Shown here one piece after another: positions 55,755 through 64,000 of a stretch of DNA of 64,000 bases (within the stretch, counting starts at the first letter, position 1; every line of letters starts with the position of its first letter). Position numbers and translations under genes: made by a program. Under the pieces are notes generated by a model, which had not been told where the DNA came from, did not search any database, and saw only the letters and a list, made by a program, of their open reading frames with translations. The stretch lies in contig JBHLLF010000003.1 of the NCBI GenBank assembly GCA_048885865.1, positions 107,477 through 171,476 of the forward strand, written 5' to 3'. Origin of the DNA: Candidatus Hermodarchaeota archaeon. GTDB taxonomy: Archaea > Asgardarchaeota > Thorarchaeia > Thorarchaeales > Thorarchaeaceae.

Positions 55755-57817
55755 GGGAAAGAAGTTTGGCGTATATAGAGAGAGGTTTCCCTAGTGAGGC
55801 AATCGATGAGATTGCGTGGAGTGAGAGCAACTCGAGGAAGCCTATTTATCATATGCACAAATGGTTCGCGAGAAGAGTGGGCAGCACCTTCAGAAGCATA
55901 ATCCTAGGCCTTTTCCTTGACGAGAATCCAATGACAAGATTCTATGAAAAAGTCGTCTTGAAGAACGCTAGCGGAAAATCACCGATCATATTAGACCCAT
56001 TCATGGGAGGCGGAACCACCATTGTAGAAGGGCATCGCCTTGGATGTAGGACAATTGGTGTAGACATCAATCCAATGGCATGGTTCATCACGAAGAAGGA
56101 GTTGGAGGCTGTTGATGTCACTCAATTGGAGGCTGAATTCTATCGGATTAGAGATGCTGTTGCGTCAAAGATTCTTTCCCTCTACATGACAACTTGTCCT
56201 GAGGGACATGAAGCAGACACAATGTATACGTTCTGGGTAAGGAGTGTAAAATGCCAGTCCTGTGACTTCGAAGTTCCTCTCTTCAAATCCTTCATCATTG
56301 CGAAACCCAAAAACAAGAGCGTAGTCTATTTCTGCCCATCCTGCAATAAGATCACAGCAGATGGACCTCTATGCCACTGTGGAATGAACCTGAATGACCC
56401 ATATGCAACAAACAAGAGCTACCGATGTCCAAATTGCAATCAAAAAGGGGATTTGACAGAAGCATGGTTGTCGGAAGATAGCCCTCCCAGAGAGAGGCCA
56501 TATGCCCTTGAGTTCCACTGTGGTAAATGTGGGAGAGGATACAAGACACCAGAAGAGTTGGACCTCAATAGGATAGCTGATGCTGAGAAAGAGTTCAGTC
56601 AACGAAAAGAGAGGCTACTGGGTACACTGATTCCGGACGATGAGGTTCCATGGAACAACATGGCTACAATGCGTCCGCGCTGCAACGTGTATAGAAGATT
56701 TGGTGATTTCTTCAATTCGCGTCAGTTGCTTGCCCTTTCTATGATTCTCGAACAGATTCTGGAAATTCGCGAGAGAACCGTTAGAGAATTCCTACTTCTT
56801 ACATTTTCAGACACACTCAATGCTAACAACATGTTTTGTATCTACAATGTTCATGCCTCAAAGCTTGAGCCCCTATTCGGCGGACACTACTTTTCTCCAC
56901 CCACTACTCCAGTTGAGAACAATGTGTGGGGTGCAAAAGTAGGTCGTGGGAGCTTCAGAAGATATGTCATCAAAGGAATACGTGCTTTAAGATATCAGCA
57001 AAATCCCTATGAGATACGTTTTGCTGATGGGCACTCTGAAGAGAATGAACCTACAAGAAATAGGGAGAAAGTCATTGTAGGGGATAAGATAGGAGCTAAA
57101 TTTGTAGAAAGCTTCCGGGAGCTGCAGCCGCGAAGGAGTGCTTTGCTGAAATGTCAGTCATCAGAAGACTTGGGCTTCATTCCTGACAAAGCTATTGATG
57201 CTGTCGTCACTGATCCACCCTATTTCGACAATATCATGTATTCCGAGCTTTCTAACTTCTTCTATGTATGGCTGCGTAGGCAATTATATGATGTATATCC
57301 GTTGATATTCGGTCAAGAATCCAGCAGCAGTACAGGCGAGATCCTTGTGTACAATAAGACTGGCAAGGACGCCGACTTTTTCATCGAATCTATGATGCGG
57401 GTGTATAGTGAACTCCATAGAGTGATGAAAGATGATGCCAAACTCGTGTTCGTCTTCCAGCATAAAAGACTCAAGGCGTGGTCTGCCATTTTGCAGATTC
57501 TTGTGAATACCGGATTCTTTGTGGAGGCGGTGTATCCGACACATGGCGAAACACCCAGTGGCGTAAGGGCACATGGTATTAACCACAACGCGCTTCTTGT
57601 ATGCAGAAAGGTCGTTGACTCAAAAGCCAAAGCAAAACGAGCCCCCAGTGATGTTGCGGTCGATAGTATTGGGGGAGGAATCTGCTCATCTCGCATGCTT
57701 CAACTTGGAAAAGCATTAGCAGCCTACTCGCAATACCCAAGCGTGAATGAGGGGAGAATAACTGTTGAATGCATCAAGGACTTTGAATCGTTTGTAAACG
57801 ATAATGTGATGCAATGA
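55751..57817 (+). CDS. DUF1156-type adenine DNA methyltransferase with Zn ribbons
   Basis: 'PIYHMHKWFARR', 'DPFMGGGT', several CxxC, 'TDPPYFDN'. Confidence 0.85.
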   Translation: MRERSLAYIERGFPSEAIDEIAWSESNSRKPIYHMHKWFARRVGSTFRSIILGLFLDENPMTRFYEKVVLKNASGKSPIILDPFMGGGTTIVEGHRLGCRTIGVDINPMAWFITKKELEAVDVTQLEAEFYRIRDAVASKILSLYMTTCPEGHEADTMYTFWVRSVKCQSCDFEVPLFKSFIIAKPKNKSVVYFCPSCNKITADGPLCHCGMNLNDPYATNKSYRCPNCNQKGDLTEAWLSEDSPPRERPYALEFHCGKCGRGYKTPEELDLNRIADAEKEFSQRKERLLGTLIPDDEVPWNNMATMRPRCNVYRRFGDFFNSRQLLALSMILEQILEIRERTVREFLLLTFSDTLNANNMFCIYNVHASKLEPLFGGHYFSPPTTPVENNVWGAKVGRGSFRRYVIKGIRALRYQQNPYEIRFADGHSEENEPTRNREKVIVGDKIGAKFVESFRELQPRRSALLKCQSSEDLGFIPDKAIDAVVTDPPYFDNIMYSELSNFFYVWLRRQLYDVYPLIFGQESSSSTGEILVYNKTGKDADFFIESMMRVYSELHRVMKDDAKLVFVFQHKRLKAWSAILQILVNTGFFVEAVYPTHGETPSGVRAHGINHNALLVCRKVVDSKAKAKRAPSDVAVDSIGGGICSSRMLQLGKALAAYSQYPSVNEGRITVECIKDFESFVNDNVMQ

Positions 57818-57822
57818 CATAT

Positions 57823-59073
57823 TCATGCTATTTGATAGAGTTTGAAACCAAGTGGCGAGGCATCCTTTGAATCCGATTCCATACTCTCAATTACCCTTCG
57901 TATTCGTTCAGCACCTATCTCCGATACAGTGGTGAAACCTGCATCATACGCTCGAGATGATTCTGGCACAGTTTCTGGCAATTGCACCATGATGAATCTC
58001 CTGTTCCCTCCATCTGCTTCATTTTGCTCCAAGACAGCTTGAGCGGTCGTACAGGATCCAGCAAAGAAATCCAATACGGTATCGTTTCTAAACGGCTCTG
58101 TGCTAATATGTAATATCTGCTTCATAAGCCTAAGTGGCTTTGGGGTTTCGAAGATACCTACATCGCCAAATATCTGACGGATTGTTCTTCTTGCCTCTTG
58201 GTTATCACCAACCTCGCTTCGACGCCATATCGTACAAGGAGTTAGACCTTGCTTAACTTCAGACAAGAATCGTTTGAGCCGAGGAACATTGCTTCCGTTA
58301 GAGCCAAACCATATGCGATTATCAGCCACTAGACTGTTGAAAGAGTCATGGCTCATGCCCCAACATCGTCCCGGAGGAGGGCTCACATCTCGTCCGGACG
58401 GCGTTATAATCACATAGTCGTAGTCTTTGTTATAGGTCTTGACAGTCAGGTCGCTTGATGTCCAAGGCCCTCTAGGATCGTCATCATGATTCTTGTAGCG
58501 CGAATCGGTCTCGTCGGTTCTTGGGAGTAGGCGAGGTCTCCACAGTTCCTTGTTCCGCGCATAGACGAGAATGTAGTCGTGATTATCCGAGAACCATCGA
58601 GCATCATTTTGGGGAGAGGACTTCTTTTCCCAGATTATTGAAGCCACGAAGTTGCTCTCACCAAATACCTCATTCATAACCATTCGTAGATTATGAACCT
58701 CATTGTCATCAATTGATACAAAGATTGCTCCATCTTCGCATAGGAGTTCTCTTGACAATAGAAGGCGCGGAAATATCATAGAAAGCCAATCAGCGTGTGT
58801 TTGATCAAGTCTGTCACTATAGACGAAGCTGCCACCTTTGTTATAGGGCGGGTCAATATAGATTACTTTGACCGAACCACTATGACTTTCGTTTAAGAGC
58901 TTGAGAGCCTCTAGATTGTCACCTTCAATGAAAATATTCTCAGTGGTATCAGGGCAAACGGATCGGCCTTTTAGAATCTTCAATGAATGAGTTGAATGTC
59001 CAGCTGCAGCATTTCTGGCAGCCTCTTTCCCAGGCCACATGAAGCTGCATTCGTGGGATTCATTCTTCAACAT
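57823..59073 (-). CDS. Type III Mod-like N6-adenine DNA methyltransferase; no res gene adjacent
   Basis: 'IEGDNLEAL', 'IYIDPPYN', 'SIDDNE', 'FETPKP', 'LDFFAGSCTT'. Confidence 0.88.
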   Translation of the reverse strand: MLKNESHECSFMWPGKEAARNAAAGHSTHSLKILKGRSVCPDTTENIFIEGDNLEALKLLNESHSGSVKVIYIDPPYNKGGSFVYSDRLDQTHADWLSMIFPRLLLSRELLCEDGAIFVSIDDNEVHNLRMVMNEVFGESNFVASIIWEKKSSPQNDARWFSDNHDYILVYARNKELWRPRLLPRTDETDSRYKNHDDDPRGPWTSSDLTVKTYNKDYDYVIITPSGRDVSPPPGRCWGMSHDSFNSLVADNRIWFGSNGSNVPRLKRFLSEVKQGLTPCTIWRRSEVGDNQEARRTIRQIFGDVGIFETPKPLRLMKQILHISTEPFRNDTVLDFFAGSCTTAQAVLEQNEADGGNRRFIMVQLPETVPESSRAYDAGFTTVSEIGAERIRRVIESMESDSKDASPLGFKLYQIA

Positions 59074-59137
59074 ATTTCCTCCAAGCAATCATACATGAGG
59101 CAAGAGAGGCTCCTTTGGACCTCATATTTCAGTATTT

Positions 59138-60220
59138 TCAACCTCTCTCAATTTGATCACGTATGACATCATGTGAGTTTTCTGGAATCTCCCACCTCTC
59201 GAATTCATCATTATACAATTCCAGAGGGTGAGGGGAACTGGTTCGGCGAGGATTATGCATTGTCTGAAAGAAATAGGAACTCAGGTGTGGCCTCAACAAA
59301 TCAAAACCCATCAGAAATCCAGTGAAATCTGATGCGTTTAAACGGAATTGAATGCAAAAGCGGTTCCTCGACTCCATCATAATCAGCAAAGGAAATGGAA
59401 GCTCATACAAGCTCGATAGAACTCGTTCAACAGGCTCCTCTATCTCAAGAAATAGACTATGTGAGAATTGATTACTCGTCGGGATGAGAGTTGACTTGTA
59501 GCCCTTTATCACACCAGTTGTTTCCAGCCTTTGGAGTCTTTTCACGGCTCGAGTTTCTGACATTGATAGGGTTTCAGCCAGTTGTCGCTGCGTGGACTCT
59601 CCGTTATTGATTAGATGTTTCAAGAGAGCGAGATCCATTGAATCAAACTTGATAACCTGAGGGCTCTCATCCATCTCGATTATGAATTTGGATTTGTGCT
59701 TCAGATTTCTCTTGATTATCTTGTACCAGGACTTCCAGTCCCAATCCCAGCGAATATCTGCCGTCAGATGTTCGTAATTCGCAAGCTTATGTTCGTAGTC
59801 CACAATGTCAAATATTTGATAGTCTAGCACCAGTCCCTCTTTGGCAAATGTACTCATTAATGATGGGATGTTATCAGCCAGTTCTAGAGGGTAAACACCC
59901 TGGACCATAAAGCCATCGTATGCCCCATAGGACTCAGTCATCCAGTAAAATGATGGCAATGTGTCGATGATGTCTGGGAGATGCATAGCCCCTAGTTTAG
60001 TGACCTTCATACAAATGACTGACTCACCGAGACCGATCTTCCTCTCATGTATCAATGCTCTCGGTGGATATAGAAGCCCTTTCTTCCTAAGCCGGGAGAG
60101 ACGATATCGGATAGTTCGAGAAGGAATGCCCAATACTTCACCCAGCTGCTCCGCTGATACTTTTGCGCCAACTCTGTCAAGCGCTCCGATGATGGCCAGG
60201 TCTTTCTTGTCTAAAGCCAT
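59138..60220 (-). CDS. Lrp/AsnC-type regulator with two HTH modules
   Basis: 'LDKKDLAII..IPSRTIRYRLSRL' and 'DSMDLALLKHL...LAETLSMSETRAVKRLQRLETTGVIKGY'. Confidence 0.8.
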   Translation of the reverse strand: MALDKKDLAIIGALDRVGAKVSAEQLGEVLGIPSRTIRYRLSRLRKKGLLYPPRALIHERKIGLGESVICMKVTKLGAMHLPDIIDTLPSFYWMTESYGAYDGFMVQGVYPLELADNIPSLMSTFAKEGLVLDYQIFDIVDYEHKLANYEHLTADIRWDWDWKSWYKIIKRNLKHKSKFIIEMDESPQVIKFDSMDLALLKHLINNGESTQRQLAETLSMSETRAVKRLQRLETTGVIKGYKSTLIPTSNQFSHSLFLEIEEPVERVLSSLYELPFPLLIMMESRNRFCIQFRLNASDFTGFLMGFDLLRPHLSSYFFQTMHNPRRTSSPHPLELYNDEFERWEIPENSHDVIRDQIERG

Positions 60221-60423
60221 CTCGTGTGTCAGAAAATCACTTCCGAGGGACCATCAACGGAGGTTCTCATTTAACGATGTGTTTCTGAGCACCAAAAGAT
60301 TACGTCATTGGCAACGCTTATAAAAAATAAAATGACTCTACTGAGGTCGAGCAAGTGTTTGTGGCAACACGATGGCCTTAATATGGCCGATAGTTGCCAT
60401 AATACACCTGACGGTGATAACAG

Positions 60424-60708
60424 ATGCGCCTGCCTTTCAACCTAACAAGAAGCTCAATTGTGATATTAGACACATTGGCTTCTGACGGTCCGATGTACCC
60501 ACAGGAGATTGCAACTAGGGTGGGACTCGCTCCCAGAACCGTGACTTTGGCACTCCGAAATCTATTGAAACAAGATCTTTGCCACAAGGTTGCGAATTTC
60601 CAGGACATGCGTAAACCGCTTTATCACGCAGATGTAGCCAGGGTTCAGAAGCTTAGAAAGGAAATTGAAATTTGGAAATCAATTGCTACATTGCATCTCC
60701 GAGTCTAA
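60424..60708 (+). CDS. Small winged-helix (MarR/ArsR-like) regulator
   Basis: 'GPMYPQEIATRVGLAPRTVTLALRNL', 'DMRKPLY'. Confidence 0.75.
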   Translation: MRLPFNLTRSSIVILDTLASDGPMYPQEIATRVGLAPRTVTLALRNLLKQDLCHKVANFQDMRKPLYHADVARVQKLRKEIEIWKSIATLHLRV

Positions 60709-60831
60709 GCGCTTGTTTGATTATATTCGCACTCCTCAATAGGTCCTCTTGCTCCTGTGGGAACCGAGAGGACCTCACATCTACAATGCTAGATGATAGA
60801 ATGACTTATCGCGAACTCTGAATCAAAGCGA

Positions 60832-61857
60832 TTGATGAATATTCACGAGGCAATCGCAGCGCTCCCAAAGGCAGAACTCCATATACACCTGCTTGGCACC
60901 ATAAGACCTTCGACATTGCTTGAGTTCATAGATGAAGCCGGAATTGAAACCCCTTACAGGTCAGAGGCAGATCTGGCACAGCTTTTTCAATATCAAGACT
61001 TTGGTCACTTTATCTCAGTTTATGGAGAAGTAGTCAACTACATAACCAAGGAAAAGCAGTTCGAGCGACTAGCGTATGAGATGCTTGAGGACCTTGCAGC
61101 CCACAACGTCCGTTATGCGGAAATCAGCTTCTCAGCTCCAGACCACATGAGAAGAGAGCTTGAATTCAACGCAATGATCGACGCAATAAACAGAGGCATA
61201 CGTCGCGCGAATCGGAAGGAGGGGATTGAAGCAGATTTGAGAATCGACCTCGTTAGGAATTACGGACCTGAATCAGGTTTGGAAGTCCTGGACTTGATTC
61301 GAGGTAGACTTGACAGTATTGCTTCTGTGGACATTGGTGGCAGTGAACACAAGTTTCCTGCAAAGCCATTTGCTCCTGTGTACGAAGAGGCTCGAAAGAT
61401 GGGATTGCATCTTGTTGCACATGCGGGAGAGGCAGAAGGACCCGAGTCAATATGGGATGTGATTAAGTATCTGGGTATAGAACGGATTGGCCACGGTACG
61501 TCAGCATCTAATGACACCAAATTGATGGACCATATCAAGGAACATGGAATAGCTATTGAAGCATGCCCAGTAAGCAATGTGAGAACAGGGGTAGTTTCTT
61601 CAATAGAAGAACATCCAATCAGAGAATTCTATGATAGAGGTCTCCTCGTTACCGTGAATAGCGATGACCCCGCATTCTTTGACACTGACATTTCATTCGA
61701 ATATAAGCAACTTCATGACAAGCTTGGATTCTCTCTGTCGGACCTCTACTTAATTACACAGAATGGAATCAGGTCCGCCTTTCTATCAGATTCCAAGAAG
61801 AAAGCCTTGCTCAATGAAATTGAAAGAGCATACAACAAGAATCTGCAATTGTCATGA
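60832..61857 (+). CDS. add: Adenosine/adenine deaminase
   Basis: 'PKAELHIHL.G', 'HAGE', 'RIGHG', 'CPVSN', 'NSDDP'. Confidence 0.92.
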   Translation: MMNIHEAIAALPKAELHIHLLGTIRPSTLLEFIDEAGIETPYRSEADLAQLFQYQDFGHFISVYGEVVNYITKEKQFERLAYEMLEDLAAHNVRYAEISFSAPDHMRRELEFNAMIDAINRGIRRANRKEGIEADLRIDLVRNYGPESGLEVLDLIRGRLDSIASVDIGGSEHKFPAKPFAPVYEEARKMGLHLVAHAGEAEGPESIWDVIKYLGIERIGHGTSASNDTKLMDHIKEHGIAIEACPVSNVRTGVVSSIEEHPIREFYDRGLLVTVNSDDPAFFDTDISFEYKQLHDKLGFSLSDLYLITQNGIRSAFLSDSKKKALLNEIERAYNKNLQLS

Positions 61858-61858
61858 A

Positions 61859-62197
61859 TCATTCAGTGAAGCATTGCCTTAGGACCGCATGCATGATGGC
61901 TCCTCTTATGTGGTCGACGTCTGGAATTCCTACTATTACTTCCCCACAGATTTGTATAGTTGGGAGACCCAATGGTCCAGTCAAATCAAGCTTCTCCGGC
62001 TTGACAGAGTCGGCATTGATCAAAGATATCGCTTCGTAGGGAAGACTGAAGTCAGAAACGACCTCCTTCAATATCTCCCAGGCAGCGTCGCAGAAGAAGC
62101 AGCCATCACCAGTATAAAGAGTGATACAGCCTGTTTTTCCGCAAGGTGTCTTGCACTCTGCAAAGTCGTATAGGGGTTGATGGGTCCAGACAGTCAT
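61859..62197 (-). CDS. Glutaredoxin/thioredoxin-like protein
   Basis: 'LYTGDGCFFCD' CxxC, 'LPTIQI', 'VGIP'. Confidence 0.7.
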   Translation of the reverse strand: MTVWTHQPLYDFAECKTPCGKTGCITLYTGDGCFFCDAAWEILKEVVSDFSLPYEAISLINADSVKPEKLDLTGPLGLPTIQICGEVIVGIPDVDHIRGAIMHAVLRQCFTE

Positions 62198-62400
62198 TGC
62201 AAGAAATCCAGTTGGAAGTGAGTATATAGGGGATTGTAGAAAAACTCTCCACCAATAATCTTGCGAGATTGAGCGTCTAGCTTAGCCCTGTGCAAGGTCT
62301 CCCAAATTCACATCAATTCTACTCGGGTTCTTTTCCATTGGAGATTCAGAGGGGTCTTGGAGGTTACGCGGCAACTTAACAAACGGTCATTCCGGCAGGT

Positions 62401-63594
62401 TCAACATGTCTTGTCAAGAGCATTCTTGAGGTCAAGCAGCAAATCGTGTGAGTCCTCAATCCCAACAGACAATCGGATCGTAGATTCTGAAATCCCCATT
62501 TCAGCAAGAACATCTGAATCTAGGCCATAGTGAGTGGACAGAGCAGGAATACTGGCTAGGCTCTCCACACCGCCAAGTGACACAGCGTTGAGGAATATGT
62601 CCAGCGAATCAACGAAGGTCTTAGCAGCCTCCAGGTCACAATCCAATTCAATTGAGAGCATACCTCCAAATCTTCGCATCTGTTTCTTAGCAACAGAATG
62701 ATTTGGATGTCCAGGTAGGCCTGGGTAATGTACACGCCTAACTCTGGAGTCTTTGGACATCTCTTCTGCCAAGAAAGACGCATTGTAATTATGCTGCTCA
62801 ACACGAACTGCTAGGGTCTTGATTCCTCTATCGAGTAGGAATGCAGCAAACGGATCCATGGTCCCCCCTAGAAGCTTCGCAGCACTGCGAATCTTGGTCA
62901 TGATTTCTTTGGAGCCTGAAAGGGTTCCAGCGATGATGTCACTATGGCCGCCAAGGTATTTGGTGGCACTATGCATGACAATGTCGATACCAAGTTCATG
63001 AGGTCTCTGATTGATAGGAGTCCCGAATGTGCTGTCAATCATACTGATTGCCCCCGTAGCACGTGCTGCATCTGCCACTTTCTCAATGTCAACTATCTTG
63101 AGAGTTGGATTTGTGGGGGTTTCAAAGAAACATAGCTTATACTTGCCCCCTGATGCCATCACATGTTCATGGAAATCATCTGTTTCAGCATAGTCGACCT
63201 GAATACCGTATTGAGGAAGCACGTCATCGAAGAAGTGGACGGTACCGCCATAGATTGATTCGCTAGCGAGGATTCGTTCACCACCCTTCACAAGACCAAT
63301 TATGGCAGTAGAGATTGCAGCCATTCCTGATGAAAGCGCTAGCGTGTCTTCAGTTCCTTCAAGTGAGCTAATCTTTGCTTCCACATTTCGTGTTGTAGGA
63401 TTGCTCCAACGCGTGTACACATCTTTTCCGGATTTGCCAGTGACAGAATCAACCATATCGGTTTGATCCTCGAATACAAATGTTGATGTTTGAACAATCG
63501 GCACAACCGCAGGTCCAGACCTTTGGGCTTCCGTGCCTTGAACGCATAATGTGGAAGCCTTTCGCTTCTTGTTATTCATTATTGATACTCCCAT
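62401..63594 (-). CDS. Cys/Met metabolism PLP enzyme (cystathionine gamma-lyase/synthase or methionine gamma-lyase)
   Basis: 'YTRWSNPT', 'SSGMAAI', 'ETPTNP', 'HSATKYLGGHSD', 'SLGGVESL', 'RLSVGIE'. Confidence 0.92.
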   Translation of the reverse strand: MGVSIMNNKKRKASTLCVQGTEAQRSGPAVVPIVQTSTFVFEDQTDMVDSVTGKSGKDVYTRWSNPTTRNVEAKISSLEGTEDTLALSSGMAAISTAIIGLVKGGERILASESIYGGTVHFFDDVLPQYGIQVDYAETDDFHEHVMASGGKYKLCFFETPTNPTLKIVDIEKVADAARATGAISMIDSTFGTPINQRPHELGIDIVMHSATKYLGGHSDIIAGTLSGSKEIMTKIRSAAKLLGGTMDPFAAFLLDRGIKTLAVRVEQHNYNASFLAEEMSKDSRVRRVHYPGLPGHPNHSVAKKQMRRFGGMLSIELDCDLEAAKTFVDSLDIFLNAVSLGGVESLASIPALSTHYGLDSDVLAEMGISESTIRLSVGIEDSHDLLLDLKNALDKTC

Positions 63595-63719
63595 CTTAGC
63601 CTACTGGCTAAAGCCATTTTCATGGAAGAGTACTCTGACTTATAGATGAGTGGAAATGGACATGAAAAGGGAACTCTAAAGTATCGGGACACTACTTTGG
63701 AGTAGCTGAAGGGCTCAGA

Positions 63720-64000
63720 ATGGGAAAGGCAACTCCATGCACTTGGAAAGACGAGTCAATCTGTGAAGAATGCAGCCTTTCAGAGGACCTGAATTGTAGA
63801 TATGACGACAAGCTAGTGTCTTGTTTTCGCAGTCGTCATATTCCCTTTCGCCTCTTGGGCTTTGCTGTCACAGGTGTTGCATCTCTCGCTGTTAATTCGA
63901 TTTGGCCATTTCTAGTCTTTGCGCTTGTAACTGTTCTAAACTTCACTTTGATTGAAACGTGGTACTTGTGTAGACACTGTCCCTTCTATTCGAAGGATGG
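63720..64000 (+). CDS. Cys-rich membrane protein, 3'-truncated by the window edge (absent from the ORF track)
   Basis: Manual translation MGKATPCTWKDESICEECSLSEDLNCRY..., two hydrophobic segments, then LCRHCPFY; frame open to the end of the window. Confidence 0.65.
   Translation, partial: MGKATPCTWKDESICEECSLSEDLNCRYDDKLVSCFRSRHIPFRLLGFAVTGVASLAVNSIWPFLVFALVTVLNFTLIETWYLCRHCPFYSKD

Noticed and set aside
1-64000. CRISPR arrays, tRNA/rRNA, IS elements, prophage
   Set aside because: No regularly spaced repeats, cloverleaf, rRNA-like tract, transposase or integrase motifs seen by eye. A covariance-model scan is needed to exclude small RNAs.

Overview
Gene-dense archaeal chromosomal segment, most likely an Asgard archaeon resembling Thorarchaeota. 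This assignment is inference from GGTGA/GAGG-type RBSs, proteasome alpha, archaeal DtdA, an MtrH/corrinoid module, a TAT-less reductive-dehalogenase-like gene and several eukaryote-like proteins. About 55 CDSs cover beta-oxidation and acyl-CoA metabolism, Fe-S/sulfur relay (tusA, dsrE, iscS, iscU), corrinoid methyl transfer, three orphan DNA methyltransferases, regulators and several uncharacterised coiled-coil or Cys-rich proteins. I saw no rRNA, tRNA, CRISPR array or transposase. The main discovery is a hidden selenoprotein candidate that the ORF track truncates: 26300..27103 has an in-frame TGA in a C-A-S-U (CxxU) motif, in a protein that does not look thioredoxin-like. It is followed by a eukaryote-type SECIS hairpin whose AUGA core is the gene's own stop codon. 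Other notable items: (1) a tandem pair of dCache-HAMP receptors, one ending in TPR+vWA and one with no output domain; (2) a tandem duplicate of CdrS/aCcr1-like RHH regulators (second copy missed by the ORF track) with an AGTATTACT box; (3) two paralogous 7-Cys unknown proteins; (4) a Rab-like pseudo-GTPase; (5) a CIA2/MIP18-like protein; (6) an RdhA fused to an ABCE1-type Fe-S domain beside a methyltransferase module; (7) an IscU fused to a degenerate TrxR domain; (8) two genes that appear to start at CTG. All product calls come from motif recognition by eye; no database search was run.
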